Part shown: positions 51,270-64,000 of the stretch, one piece after another | Layout: every line of letters starts with the position of its first letter | Position numbering within the stretch: position 1 is the first letter of the stretch | NCBI GenBank assembly: GCA_051362555.1 | Contig: CM120647.1 | Span: 9,486,001-9,550,000 of the forward strand | DNA length: 64,000 bases | Source of the DNA: Lingula anatina | Taxonomy: Eukaryota; Animalia; Brachiopoda | Reading direction: 5' to 3' | Notes under the pieces: model-generated | Databases searched by the model: none | Told to the model about the DNA's origin: nothing | Seen by the model: only the letters and a program-made list of their open reading frames with translations | Position numbers and translations under genes: made by a program

Positions 51270-53901
51270 CTGAAAAGAAAAATAAAATTTTGTTAATTTT
51301 TTTAAACATTTTATAATGACGTTATGATGAGGAATGGCTATAAAACAGAATCAAGTTTCCAATAGAAGAATGCACTTAAATTATAGAAGTTTTATACGAA
51401 AATATGTATTACTACTTGACAAATTATAATCGACGGCTTTGATATATGTGATACAATAAGCACTGGAGAAGTACTGGATTCCAGTCGCCCAATTGTACCT
51501 TAGTTCGTTATAATCATGATATAAAAATAAGTATAGTGGAATTAACCTGACCGATACATTTTAACACTAGAAAAGGAAAAATCTAATCTTTTTTTTCTGA
51601 GTCAAACATCTGATCAAAACACCAGCAAGTACAATAATAAACAACAATAACCAAAATGGTTCCCAAATGCATTCGAAACTCAGTGACCTGCAACAAACAA
51701 CGGCAAAGCATCCTAAATTTACATTTCCGATTCGAATTAAATTTGCACGTGTGGTGACCTTAAAATGGATAAGAGAGTATGGAACTTCTTATTCACCCCC
51801 TGGACACTGCACTGGCTATACAAAATATTCCGCTTAATTGCTAACTCTAAATAAGTTACAGTATTGACAATGTGATAACGTAAAATGTGTTTTCCTTACA
51901 CTGGCCGTACTGGTAACACATAGATCTTTCAAAACACTGCGGAAACAAAAAAAAAAAAGTAATGAACACGTTTTGTGGTCACAAGCAGGTAAATTTAACA
52001 CCTACTCATCTAATTTCTCAACAACGCATGTAGAGAAACAGACATATAATGTCTGTAAGACAGAAAATGTATCCAAAAGCAAGATCCAATGTGCTAAAAT
52101 TCCATAAAATTTCATAAAAACGCTCCCCATCTGCACAAACCAAAATTGCTCCGATTTATACCACGTTCTTAGTTAATAAACCACAGCTACATGTACGATG
52201 CTCCAAGAGCAGACATCCCGGAGCAATGTACTAAGCAGCGTTCCTTAACCACGAGTATCATTTGCCTGAACCCTTACCCATCACAAGTGGAACCACCTTA
52301 TGCCGTGCTCGGCTCGAGCGCAGCGTTTTTCATACCTGTGCGGCCACAGGTGTGAGAAGCCTCCATTTCAACAGATATATACAGCCCAAACGTCACGTAT
52401 TTAGAACACCCACTGTGACTGAGCCTCTTTCAGAACCGACAGTGGTTTTCGTTACATGTACGTGACTTTGCCATTCTTTTTTCTGTCATATTTCTAGTAC
52501 AGTATGGACATATGGTTATTATACTTATATCAATACAACGTACGGGGCCATAAAATGAAAATAAACATTTCGCGCTGTTTAAAAAAGGCACTGAGTTATA
52601 AATGGCAAAGCTGTTTTTTATTATTGATTGAGTGAATCACAACTTTTATTCACAAGCTTAGCTTTTTTGTGGCTCCATCTATCCATCTGCACCCTTCGCG
52701 CACTCGTTATATCTTCCCTTACACTTTGGTATATGATTCCAAAGTCAAGTTTTTCATGGCGCGATGAACTTCAAATATGCCATTTCTCTCTTTCTCCCAG
52801 CAAACATGCAACGTTTTATAACAAAACTACGTATTTTGGTAACGTTATGGTAACGTTATAATTATATTCTGTTTACTGAGCTCTCTCTCACACACTCTCT
52901 CTCTCTCTCACACTCACACACACACACGCACGCACGCAAATACACACACACGCACACACACATTAACAATTAAGGTGCACCCCTTCCTTCTTCGAGACTT
53001 CTGACGTAACTTCGTTAATAGAAATAAACTCCATGTGCGGGCTGATTTCATTGGCCAAATTCGATCTCTTATTTGGTTACGTTTGATACACATGTACTAA
53101 TGATACCCCCTGTGGCAAAGCGGCGACCTTCGGTACAAATGGCATCGGTCAATTAATATAGTATACTGATACTCGTTATGGGGTACCTTGGGGTCGAAGT
53201 ATCCTATGCATAGTATTTAGGATATAGAAAACACCTGGCCGGCACCCGCGATTTCAGCTAAAATGACAGAGATTGCATACATAGCTTAGGTGGCAGGTGG
53301 GCCGTGCAAACAAACATAATTAACAAAAATCAAATGAAATAGCCTACTACGGGTCAGGGGTCAGGTGAGTGCGAATTCAACTCATTTTTGTAGTTTGTTG
53401 AAAGTTGAATACTTTACTGTGATGTATAGAAAGAACTTTTTGGAGAGGAAACCAAAAAAAAAAACATATGAAGTGCATAAAAGTTTGTAAAACTCGGTGC
53501 TACGTGCCTCTGAGTGCGTTTGCTACCGTTTTAAACATGATGCCATTTCCAACCACTTCCAGCTCTTCCAGTAGATTTCCTAACTAAATCATACAACACG
53601 AACGGAAGGTCTCGGCGTCAAAAGAACACTTTTTTCTCACTCAAATAACAACAAATTTCATTAAGGTGGCTACGGCCCTGATGATGATGATGTAAGTGAT
53701 ATGAAGAATTTATGAAACTCTACTAAAAGGTCGGGTGTATTGGTATTACAGGGGATGTTTCGATAGTCACTAGAGATGCGCTGTCACACAGAAGTGCGAA
53801 ACGGACCATTAGTTCTTTTTTTTTTCACTTAAATTCATGTGCATTAATGCCGGCACTTAACTTTGTGTATGTTACTTATTCTAACTCTGGTATACTTGAG
53901 T

Positions 53902-54130
53902 GCAGGATAAAGATATAGTAGTCTACTAAAACAGGATGGTTATTGTTCTATGATATTGGAATGTCTTTTTTCTTTTTACAAACCAGACGCATGACTCTTG
54001 CTTTCTGGCAGGATTAAGATACAGTAGTCTACCAAAACCGGATGATTATTGTTCTACGATATTGCATTTGATTAGTTTTCTTCGATATTGAATATGTCTT
54101 TTTTTATAAACCAGACGCGTGTTTCTTGCC
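53902..54130. repeat. ~105-bp tandem duplication
   Basis: gcaggat.aagata.agtagtctac.aaaac.ggatg.ttattgttcta.gatatt...aaaccagacgc present twice. Confidence 0.85.
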
Positions 54131-57100
54131 TCCAATAAATGACATAAATGAATAAAGATGAAAGCAGGAAACAATAATTCCCTTGGAAATAAATCACATT
54201 TCGCAAATAATAATCTAGGTTTTTTTAACGTTTCGCTTAGCAAGATTTGTTGAAACTAAATCGCCTTGCTTTGCAGCCCGATCGAATTTAGTAGACCCAG
54301 CTGCAAAATTGACAGCAAATTAGCAGAAAATAACTTTTCTAATGGATATATTGTACGCATTATCTGTATCGTAATTTTCTTTTCAGTAAAATTTCTCTCT
54401 GTGATACCGGTTGTCATGGAAACGTGACAGCACCGCAGAGAAAGCTGCCCTGGAATCGATTAATTGCTTCAATTTCCGATAGTATTAAGATTCTGGTTTG
54501 CTTTCCCTGTCACGAAATCCTTTATGAAGTTTGTGATTTTCAAGAAGCATTGAGACCTCATTACTCGATTGATTAGCACAGGGATCGATAACTATAATGA
54601 TAATAATAATAATAGTATCGTGTCGTATATCTTATTATTATTCCCATTTTCTACAGTGAGCTTCTCAGACCTAGAGACGTTCATTTCCAAACCTTTTATA
54701 CGGTTGCTACATGTACTAGTTGTCTTCGGAATGATGAAGACTGATTTTCTTCTCAATTTCGAATTCTCTGAGGGTTCACAAGTACCTGAATAAGAAGACT
54801 GGTGTTTTTATACAGTGTCAAAGTTATGTTTGTCCTAGAAAAACAGATACAAATGTATGTGCACAACCGAAACAGTCACAACTAAATGGCGCCCTCCGAC
54901 AAATAAACCGACGTCATCAGGCGACTAACTGACGTCATTAGAAAATCGATTTTCGTCACCAAACATCCAAACTACAAAGAATTTTTACATCAAACATCAA
55001 ACAACTGTGTCGTCTGTTTGCTATCCAGGCAAAGTTAAATGAGCTGTGACTGGGACTTGAATCAAATCGGTCACATTTCCTGATCTCACTCCAAGTTATA
55101 GGGACAACAAGCCCTCAGCTGTTCAACATCAAAAAAAAAAACCAATTATAACAGCCTCCCTGAAAAAAGAATCAATTTGCAGCGCAATCTTCTAGCCATT
55201 TCATGTGTAATTTCTCGACACAATTTACTCCACACGGTAGCGGATTCTCTCATTATTTTTATAATGGAACGAGGACGGTTTGAAAATGTAGCATCCATCG
55301 ATGCAAGACCTCGTTATTCTCATCATCATCTATCAAAATTAACGCAGTTTCTTTTAAAGCTGCATTTGTAAAAAAAAAAATAATAAATAAGATAAAAAAA
55401 ATTTAAAAAAAAAAAAAAACTGGGAGGGACATATCTGATGGGTAAAGACATTTACAGACGTTGACAGTATCTACTAATAAACTAAACTCTCTTTCATTCT
55501 CTCTCTCATTCTCTCTCTCATTCTCTCTCCTTATCTATTCGAATATCTATTCATCAATCACTGAAGTAGAAGACAGAATAGGAATCATGTTTGAAAGGTT
55601 TGATGATATTACCTGAACGACTGTAAGTCAATTTTTAAAGTAGTAAGCCCGCTTTTTTCTTTAGTTGCCCATAATATCTGCGCTAACATGATGTATTTTT
55701 TAAAAACGGGAAAAGTGTTATTTATAAATATGGGGGGAGGGGCATTTTAACGGACGCAATGAGATGGAGTTCATATTCCTACCAAAAAGAGATAAGAGTA
55801 TAAAAATAAACCAACGATATACATAAACTCCAGCATGCGATTCCCAATTCAGCCACTGCAACTATTTGGCTGATCAATGTCTGTTGACACTAGAAAAGAC
55901 CCCACCGGCTTGTATCCCCAGAGGGGGCTTGTAAGCCTTGTTCTAAACACAAAATAAACATAACAAAAACGTAACTAATCTCCGTTACCATCTGTGTCTA
56001 CATTGTTATTTTCGTTCGGCCTCACCCTTGCTTATATTCTCCATTAAATCCCGGGCCTTAAATCATTGCAATAATATCTTTCGGATGGTTTCAGTGCTTG
56101 TACACGATGGAAATACCCCCCGAAGTGGAAAAAAACGAGAATCAATTACTCAGGTCATCAGCGGCGGTATGGGAAAAAGGTGCTCCCAAGTACAGCTCTA
56201 CTCTCAGACATTCGAATTGCATTTAAAGTGCGTGGATGTGTTACCTAACTGTTTGGCAAATAAACTTATTTGATTTTCCGCTTTCAAGTGCACGGATACA
56301 ATCCTGCATGTATTTAGTATGTATTTATTTGGCGACGTACGTGGGTTTGCAATAAGAATAGAAAAAGCGTGCGCAGCTGGTTTATTCAAAGGTAAAAGCA
56401 ATGAACATTTCGTACATAATATAAGAATTAACATGTAAACTCTGTAATTACTTCCATAAAGTAAAACAGCAAAAAAAAAAAAAAATCCAATACCGATTTT
56501 TATTTCAAACATCGCCACAAATTTCAGCCATCCGGCACACTGGATATGAGAAGGATTATCAGAAATACTCATTGCTCCAACGGTTTATCTTCATCGCAAC
56601 GGATTCATGTATCAAGAACAAAGAAATGTGCTGTCTATTTTATAAGAACATGGGTGTATATTTACCAAAATCCCATCACTAAAGGCGGCAGTGGTTCGGG
56701 CCCAGATTTTTCTTACTCGTCATAATAAATCTATATCGGCCACGATAATTACAAAGTGATTCCAATGTTTATCCGCTATGGCAATGTAGAGTAAAAAAAC
56801 GAACACTTTGCAACCTGTTCTCATTTAAAATAATGGAGTGCGCTTCAATTAACAAAAAAATATATGCCAAAACTTGGCCAACAGCTGTATGGTAACCAAG
56901 AATACTATCTATCAGACAGAAAAAGAAACCAACTGTTAATATATCTGCACTGATAATACCATAATTTGGCTAATAATCCAGCCACAGGGCACGCAAACCA
57001 GACACTAATACGTCATATCAACAACCATCAATTATCTGATTCCACCGGAACAGGAATAGAAAAGTCGATTGTTTATTATGTCAACTATGATGTTTTCGTG

Positions 57101-59832
57101 CCACAATCTGTGGCACCACGATTTGGCTAATATACCTTACTACTTCTATATATAAATAGAATTGACACGGGCAAGTCAATAGCTTTTAAATCTCTAAATA
57201 CTCAGTTTATCTGATGGCAACAAACACTGACCATTTTAACATTCATCATAATGACATTAGGGAAGGTACCAGAATTTGGCAGACACACCATGCAACAGAC
57301 GCATAAACAGAAATCAATGGCCTAGTTAGGCTTGTATTCATCGTATTCAAGAAACCCAAATATACCATTTATTAAAAAGCATCTAAAGATAATGAACAAG
57401 AATAGTATACAATTTATAAAAAACAATTACCGAAGTTGTGTCGCTCTATATGTATCTATCGATGATCCGTATCTTTGTGTTATTTTGAATTGTATCGAAG
57501 TTTGGCTGATCAAGCCTATCGAAAGAGCGAATAAACCATGCATAAGAACATAAGAAAGAAAGAAAAAATAATATTCTAAACTGAAATTCAACCAATTTGG
57601 CCAACAATTGCTCAATTTATCTTCCTCGTTTAGCGACACTTAAGAAGAAATAAGCCAAATTCACCATCGTGAGTCATGTCTGTGTAACACCAGCGCCAAA
57701 AACTAAACAAACGTCATATATTTCTTAACCTTAAGTATTCAAAATCAACAAATATTACATGGTTGCTACATCATCAATCCTACTGTGTGTTGAAAAAGAT
57801 CAATGTACACTTTAAAACTGTCAGTGGCAATATTTTCAACGACAACCACGGACCTCCATTTTTGTAGCGATGTTTATGTGCCCAGACTGTAATTGTGTCC
57901 GGGTGTAAATAAAACATGCATTTGCTTATAATTTCATCAAAATAAAAGCATTACGCTTTTTATCACTTAACTTTGACAAAGCGCCACAAAAGCCCTACAA
58001 ATTATTAACCGGCCAGAAACATTAAAATCTGATAAAATCATCACGTAATAGTAGAACAGGGGCATATGCATCCGGGTACTTCCCTCGAGACGGTATGTTT
58101 TCCTCACTTAACTGCATTTAATGAAGTGCTGTGTTGAAAGCGCTTCCACTCTCTAAAGGGGGTCTATTTCATTCACGACTCCCTTGGTAAGTTTTTTTTT
58201 TTTAATTGAGTCATTCTATTATGAAAGCCATTATTACCAAACCCTCTTTCTAAGCAAATCAATATATCTCTTATTATTTAATCAAGCTAACCAATATGTC
58301 TATTTTTTAATCTTTTTTTTACTCAAGATTTTATAAAATGTTAAGGTTTGTGAAAGAAAACGGCCATAAAGTATTGCAAAATATCCCACAAACAGACTTT
58401 CCACAGATGCGAACACAACGAAACTTTTTTTTTATTTCAGACTCTATTGCCTTAAAAAATATGTCACAAAACTCACACATTTAACAAGATTATTCGCTTA
58501 TATTTGTCATGACGAATCATGAGCTACTGTAATACCATTCTCGATGGTCAACTCTGGTATTAAGGATGCAAGAAATGAAAATTATTATTTTTCGAGCTCA
58601 TCTTCCTGTGCAGCGTCTGCCTAATTCTACGTCCCGTCGTATTCCGTAGGTACTTTATTCTCAATGAATATATATCTGCTAACCATGAGCAGTGGAACGT
58701 TGAACACGTATTACATGGTCGTCGATAAATCAGGCCTGTGTGGTTATTTCTAAGCCAGAACACATTAGGCGTAATTCATACCCCGTAATGTTTGCCAGTA
58801 TCTACCAGACGAAATCTAAGTAAGATACAGACTGAACAGTCCTATAAGGACGACATGACCAGATGTTATATCAGCGTCGTGCCATTTTTTATTTATTTAT
58901 TTTATTTATTATTATTATTATTATTATTTTATTATTTATTATTTATTATTTTTTTTTTTTTTGCAACGGTGCGTTTCTTCATCACATTCAATACACGATT
59001 ATTTTTTAACAAACGTGCATGCGCGAGGTAGCACCCACACACGAACAGGTACACACCACTGCAGGCATGCACAAACTCTTACATGCTCCAAAGCACGCAC
59101 AAGCGCACGTTTGACTCATTCACGCAGCTGCATTTCGATAAGTCGCGTAACAACACGTGCACACGCGCAGATACACCGAAAGACTCGACTACAGTAACCA
59201 GAATACAAGCATACCACACTAGTTTAACCACATTATTCATTCTGTAGTGTTGCTCTTCTGTGACTTCTGGTAATTGTTATCTTTAAACAGTGTTTGAGGC
59301 AGTTAACCCATTTAGCCAATATTCCTTTATTCAAACATTGGCACCCATCGTATCCATGTATCAGATTTATAGTCTTAGGGTAAAATATACATCTAGGGTT
59401 CAGCGAAAGGTCTCTGTAAAAAAGCGTTATCCGCAGACTTCATCTCGAACAATATAAAATTAGAAGCGACAGTATACGTGCTCCACGCCACGGTTAAAAG
59501 GCACATATCTCAAATAGCGACCTGGCATAACCATATGCATCGATTTTGATCATCAGGAGAGGTGCGAAAGTTCGGTGTCCGAGTATGTGGAAACCATCGA
59601 TCTTTCATCTGGCAAAATGGCTCCTCACCTGCCCACTCACCTGTGGACGCTTCGTGGTCAGACGGACGGCCTACACAAGAACGGGTTCGCTAAAAACGTT
59701 TTAAGATCACTTCAAGTAGAACGACTGCAGGGAAGAACGACTGCTGTACACGCGTAAACCCCCGGTCATAAAATTGGCGGTTAGCGCGCAAAGCACCAGG
59801 GCAAGATTCACCCCCACCACTCCGACGTTTTA

Positions 59833-59994
59833 GGTCGCATTTACAAAAGAAGAGCCTCAGACTAACTAGTCCGCAGATCCAATATGGCCGACCTAACCTT
59901 TATGGTCTCCTGACTACCACACGGGCCATCTCCGCAAGGACCTAGCAATTTAAGTTAAATTCAAACTGCAGGGAAGATGCGTGTGAATGCGAAC
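59833..59994. mobile_element. MITE family B copy
   Basis: TTA TSD; ggtcgcattt...gaatgcgaac termini; agtccgcagatccaatatggccgacc motif. Confidence 0.6.
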
Positions 59995-61710
59995 TTAGAA
60001 TGACCACTTCCGGGAGTTGGACTTACCTTAAAACGATTTTAAGCAGTCTGGGCCTGTTTAAGCCCACAGTGCACCAAAAGAACTGCAAATTGCACCGCTT
60101 AAACCGTGGCGTGAATACTCTACAACGGGTATCTAGGGGACGCGTGATAGCTAGCATCAATTACCACCAAATAAAATGATGCCCAAAATGGACTTTCGTG
60201 AAATTCACACGTATAATATTCGACTTACAATAAAAGTACACAGTAACAATAATGTAATTTCAAAATTGGGTCTGTTGCCATATGAATGGGTATATGAATT
60301 ATTGACTGTCATAAGTGATTTTAAATGAGTTCTTCGTCATTTTTTGATGATGAATATAAATCAAATATGCCTAATGGTACAAATTGCAACCATAAGGGAA
60401 ATGATAAAATTGCAAGTCCAGACAATGTTTTTTTTTTCATTCTTATCTATAGCAATCATTAAAAGATAAAACTGATAACAGACTACTTTAAAAACACAAA
60501 CCAGTCATGTGCCCATTAAGAAGAAATCCCTTGATATTGCAGGTATATACCAAAAATAAAATGTAGCATAAGAATTAAAAAAAAGAATATATAAAGGCAA
60601 ACATTTGGTGGATTTTGGATTTTGGTGTAAAGTATCAGTTTTACCCTAGGGGGTATGTACAAGTTTCTACTTGCGGTGCCCAACTTTGGCGGAAATATCC
60701 CTCACTAACATAAAAACGCTTGATTATAGTGACTTCAAAAGAATTTCGAAAAATACATTGGAGGACATTCTATATGGCAGTATGTAATAAACCAACTCCA
60801 CGTTAATTATTTCATGGGTGACATTAAACATTGGACACCTATCATGCAAATAATGAGGTCTCCACACCGATACAAATGTCACATTTATCGTCTCGATGAG
60901 CTACTCACGTAAAACTGATAACGTATTTCTGCATGCAATATCACTTAAAAAGAGCTTACCTCTGGTAGATGTGAAATGCAAGAGCCCAAAATGCACATTC
61001 TGTACATGTGAACGAACAAAACATATCCATATGCTAAACTTCCGTCTCTATGTTAACATGTTTTAACTAGATACAAACCAAATAAGCATTCTAACGCTGG
61101 GTAGCCAGCGAAGACCCCCCCCCCCCCCCCTTGAAAATTAACCTGGATATTCAAACATTACGACACAAGTAAAGCGGAAATTTTTCTATCATGAGATTTC
61201 CCCCCTCGCCCCCCCCCTCTATATCTAAACAAACCCCAATCTCAAGAGATGCAAGAAAAAACAACGGTTTCACTGTTTTAACGGAATCTCTAGATACTCC
61301 TGTCACTTTGTCTGCCTTAAATTTTAAGAACGCAACTACCAAACCGGCTCCACTTAATGTGATAAGAATTCCATTAGCTGTAAATCGCGTGTTGACCCCA
61401 GTGCAGTGTTATTAAATTGCACAACTATAACAACGTTTTTTGTATGTAATAATGAAAAATCGATACTTAACCGGATTAACATTGTTTTAATCAGTCTGAC
61501 TGTAAATCACAACAAACCCCATGTTGAATCAAAAACCGTGTATGCTTTAGGAGAAATACGATTAAGTCATTAAGACACGCAATTAAACAGTGGTTATTTA
61601 TAAGCTTTATCTAATTACAGGGTACATAAAAATCATAGAGGGTGATTGCATAGAACATCAACACACACAACGTACTAAATATATACACGATTTTAGCCTC
61701 AGCGTTACTA

Positions 61711-61714
<4 letters not shown>

Positions 61715-61753
<39 letters not shown>
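61715..61753. repeat. (GA)n microsatellite
   Basis: Directly visible. Confidence 0.95.
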
Positions 61754-61758
<5 letters not shown>

Positions 61759-62752
61759 ACATTCCCAGGGAAGAACACATTTTGCTTGTTTATCAACACC
61801 ACATTCCTCTATGTTTTTATTTTTTATTTTTTCTATTTTTCTTTATTTACTTATTGGTGATATTCGTTTTGCTCTATACACATGTTTATGTGAAAACATT
61901 TTATTTGGCTTTTCATAATAAACACTAGAAATCACCAACCTGCCTCTAGTTTTCTCCAATAAGTAGAGATTTAGTAGTGCGTTATTTTCCGTATGTTGAA
62001 GGTTATACGTAGTTTTATCTAATAAGTGCGCACTGACCGGGGAAGTGATAAAAAAGAGAGAGAATTCAAAGAATAACATAAAAAGGAGACGTCTTGGGGT
62101 ATATTCAACATGTCGCTATTTCCCCATTTTTTTCCATATGCCATTCCAGCCACACTGACGGACATGAACAAATTGTATCACAAACCCCGCCGAGACCGAC
62201 ACAGGCGCATGTTTGCTTTCCAGCTACGTCCAACGCACGCCCCACCATACATACACTACTATCTTTCACCGTGCACAAATTTGTCCTAAAAGTCAGTTTA
62301 CCTCTATTCCATTTTTCCACTGTGCACGACCTTTCTTTCTCGGTTGATATTTTTACAGGGGAAGGAAATAATGACATCTCGTTTATCAACAGCGAGAAAG
62401 AACCCGCAGCGGCCATCAATTACATCTCGCCCTAAAATGGCACCAGGCGTGAAGGATTTCTATCCTTGTTGCCCCAGTGTATAGAATATTTGAATACTTA
62501 AAAGTACGTGCCAAGAGCTGCTTTTTTGATGAGAAACGAACGTGATACTCGGTATCGCATTAAATCGCTCATAGTATCATAGTTTTGTCTAATCGGATGA
62601 AAGCAAATCAATTAAATTACAAGCTCACACTTATTCGTCTACGTCTTATCCTTTCTCGTGCTGTGGGCCATTTTGAGCGCAAACGGCACTTTCGTTGTTA
62701 AAAGTCAACAGATTTTGCAAAAGATAAAATGATGCTGTATAGATCATGCAAA

Positions 62753-63008
62753 TGCCCCAATCCAAGAGACACGTTCGGTCTACGTGGATCGATCCAACTT
62801 CGAGGGGACTCTCGCTGAATGCAGCCAAACAGATTAACACGCCTCCTCCTGGTGTTGAGTAGAATGCAGAAAAACTGTGGATTATATATACGGGTACGTT
62901 GGAAACAAGAGAATGCGTGTGAATCAGTTAAGCTGATTGCACTCAGCGAGAGTCCCTGCAGAGTTGGATTGATCTACGTACACTGATGGTGTCTATGGGA
63001 ATGGGGTA
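62753..63008. mobile_element. MITE family C full copy
   Basis: Long imperfect inverted arms (cggtctacgtggatcgatccaact...actctcgctga / tcagcgagagt...agttggattgatctacgta); the ctatgggaatgggg end resembles family A. Confidence 0.7.
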
Positions 63009-64000
63009 TAAGGTGCCGTTTGATTACAGTACGCCATGCAACTCGACACGACAACCCGAAACAACTGAATGAGAACGATACATTCGTTTGTCTATGAATG
63101 GTCAGCTAAGATCTGCGTCTTACCTCGTAGATACCTTTGACCATCTGTTGCATTGGCTTTATCCCCTAAAATCCTTTACTTCGCCTTCCATTAGGTCCAA
63201 TCGTCTAATATAGATACATGAGTGAGAGTGGAGCTGCAGCATTCGCCAAACTAACAGATTTTGGAATGGCCGTATATCGTACATGTAGTACTTAAAGTGA
63301 ACGTACATGGAGCATTGGCACAAGATGGCACCATCAGCGGATTTTACTGGCTGCATTGAAAAATCATCTGCTTCACACCTACCGTCATTTTGCAATGTAA
63401 GACATAAAAACACCTGATTATGAACACATTTCAAGGTAACTTTTTTTACATTTGGCTTAAGCAAAATAAATCATTGCATGCTCTTTCTGCGTTTCTACTT
63501 TGCGTAAGGTGCAAATATACTTGTAGCGGAGGTTGTCATCAAGTCTCAGAGGGTTTAAGACAATCTTCAACAAGGAATTTTAGACATTTTACGACATGAA
63601 ATACAAACCTGTATATAACGACAGGTATCTTTAAGAGAAATGCAATTCGTCCAGGCAATCGCTAGCAGCTGCTCTACAGGTACTTGTACGTTCTGCGTGC
63701 ATGGCTACACGGCTTAACAGCGTTCTCCTAGACTGATGCGTATTCGCGGTATTTTTACGCAGGCCGCTCCGTAAGATTTCAAGGACACGTTATACTTTAA
63801 AAACAGAAATCACACGTGAATAGCCGATTGCGATCTCTTTGAACAGTATACAGGATATACAGGTACTGCTTGTAGCTTTTCCTTATATTCTCTCTTATTA
63901 GATAAATTTATCCATTTATTACAAAAAAATAATAATAATAAATGGTGTCACTTCAAGAACGTGCGGAGCGTTTCTCGGAAAATTAAATCACGGGATTCCA

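Overview
This is AT-rich eukaryotic genomic DNA, most likely from a lophotrochozoan invertebrate, judged from GT-AG introns, microsatellites, many short DNA transposons and the channel motifs. It holds two complete, convergently transcribed (tail-to-tail) paralogous genes for anion-selective Cys-loop ligand-gated ion channel subunits of the glycine-receptor/GluCl type. I assembled both by hand from splice sites and reading frame. Gene A is on the + strand with 8 coding exons, 18978-34718, about 434 aa. Gene B is on the - strand with 9 coding exons, 50592-40793, about 432 aa. Both carry the loop A arginine (FFRNEK) typical of lophotrochozoan glutamate-gated chloride channels. They differ at the M2 2' pore position (Pro vs Ser), at loop B (His vs Tyr) and by one intron. 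Four non-coding structures stand out: a 52-bp intronic inverted repeat bracketing two ligand-binding exons of gene B; a duplicated splice acceptor before the M1 exon of gene B; a 604-bp TIR element carrying a RecQ-helicase fragment just after the gene A stop; and a non-autonomous piggyBac with a duplicated transposase start. Several PIF/Harbinger-like MITE families and local tandem duplications are also present. Almost all ORFs in the supplied track are spurious. All alignments and counts were done by eye.
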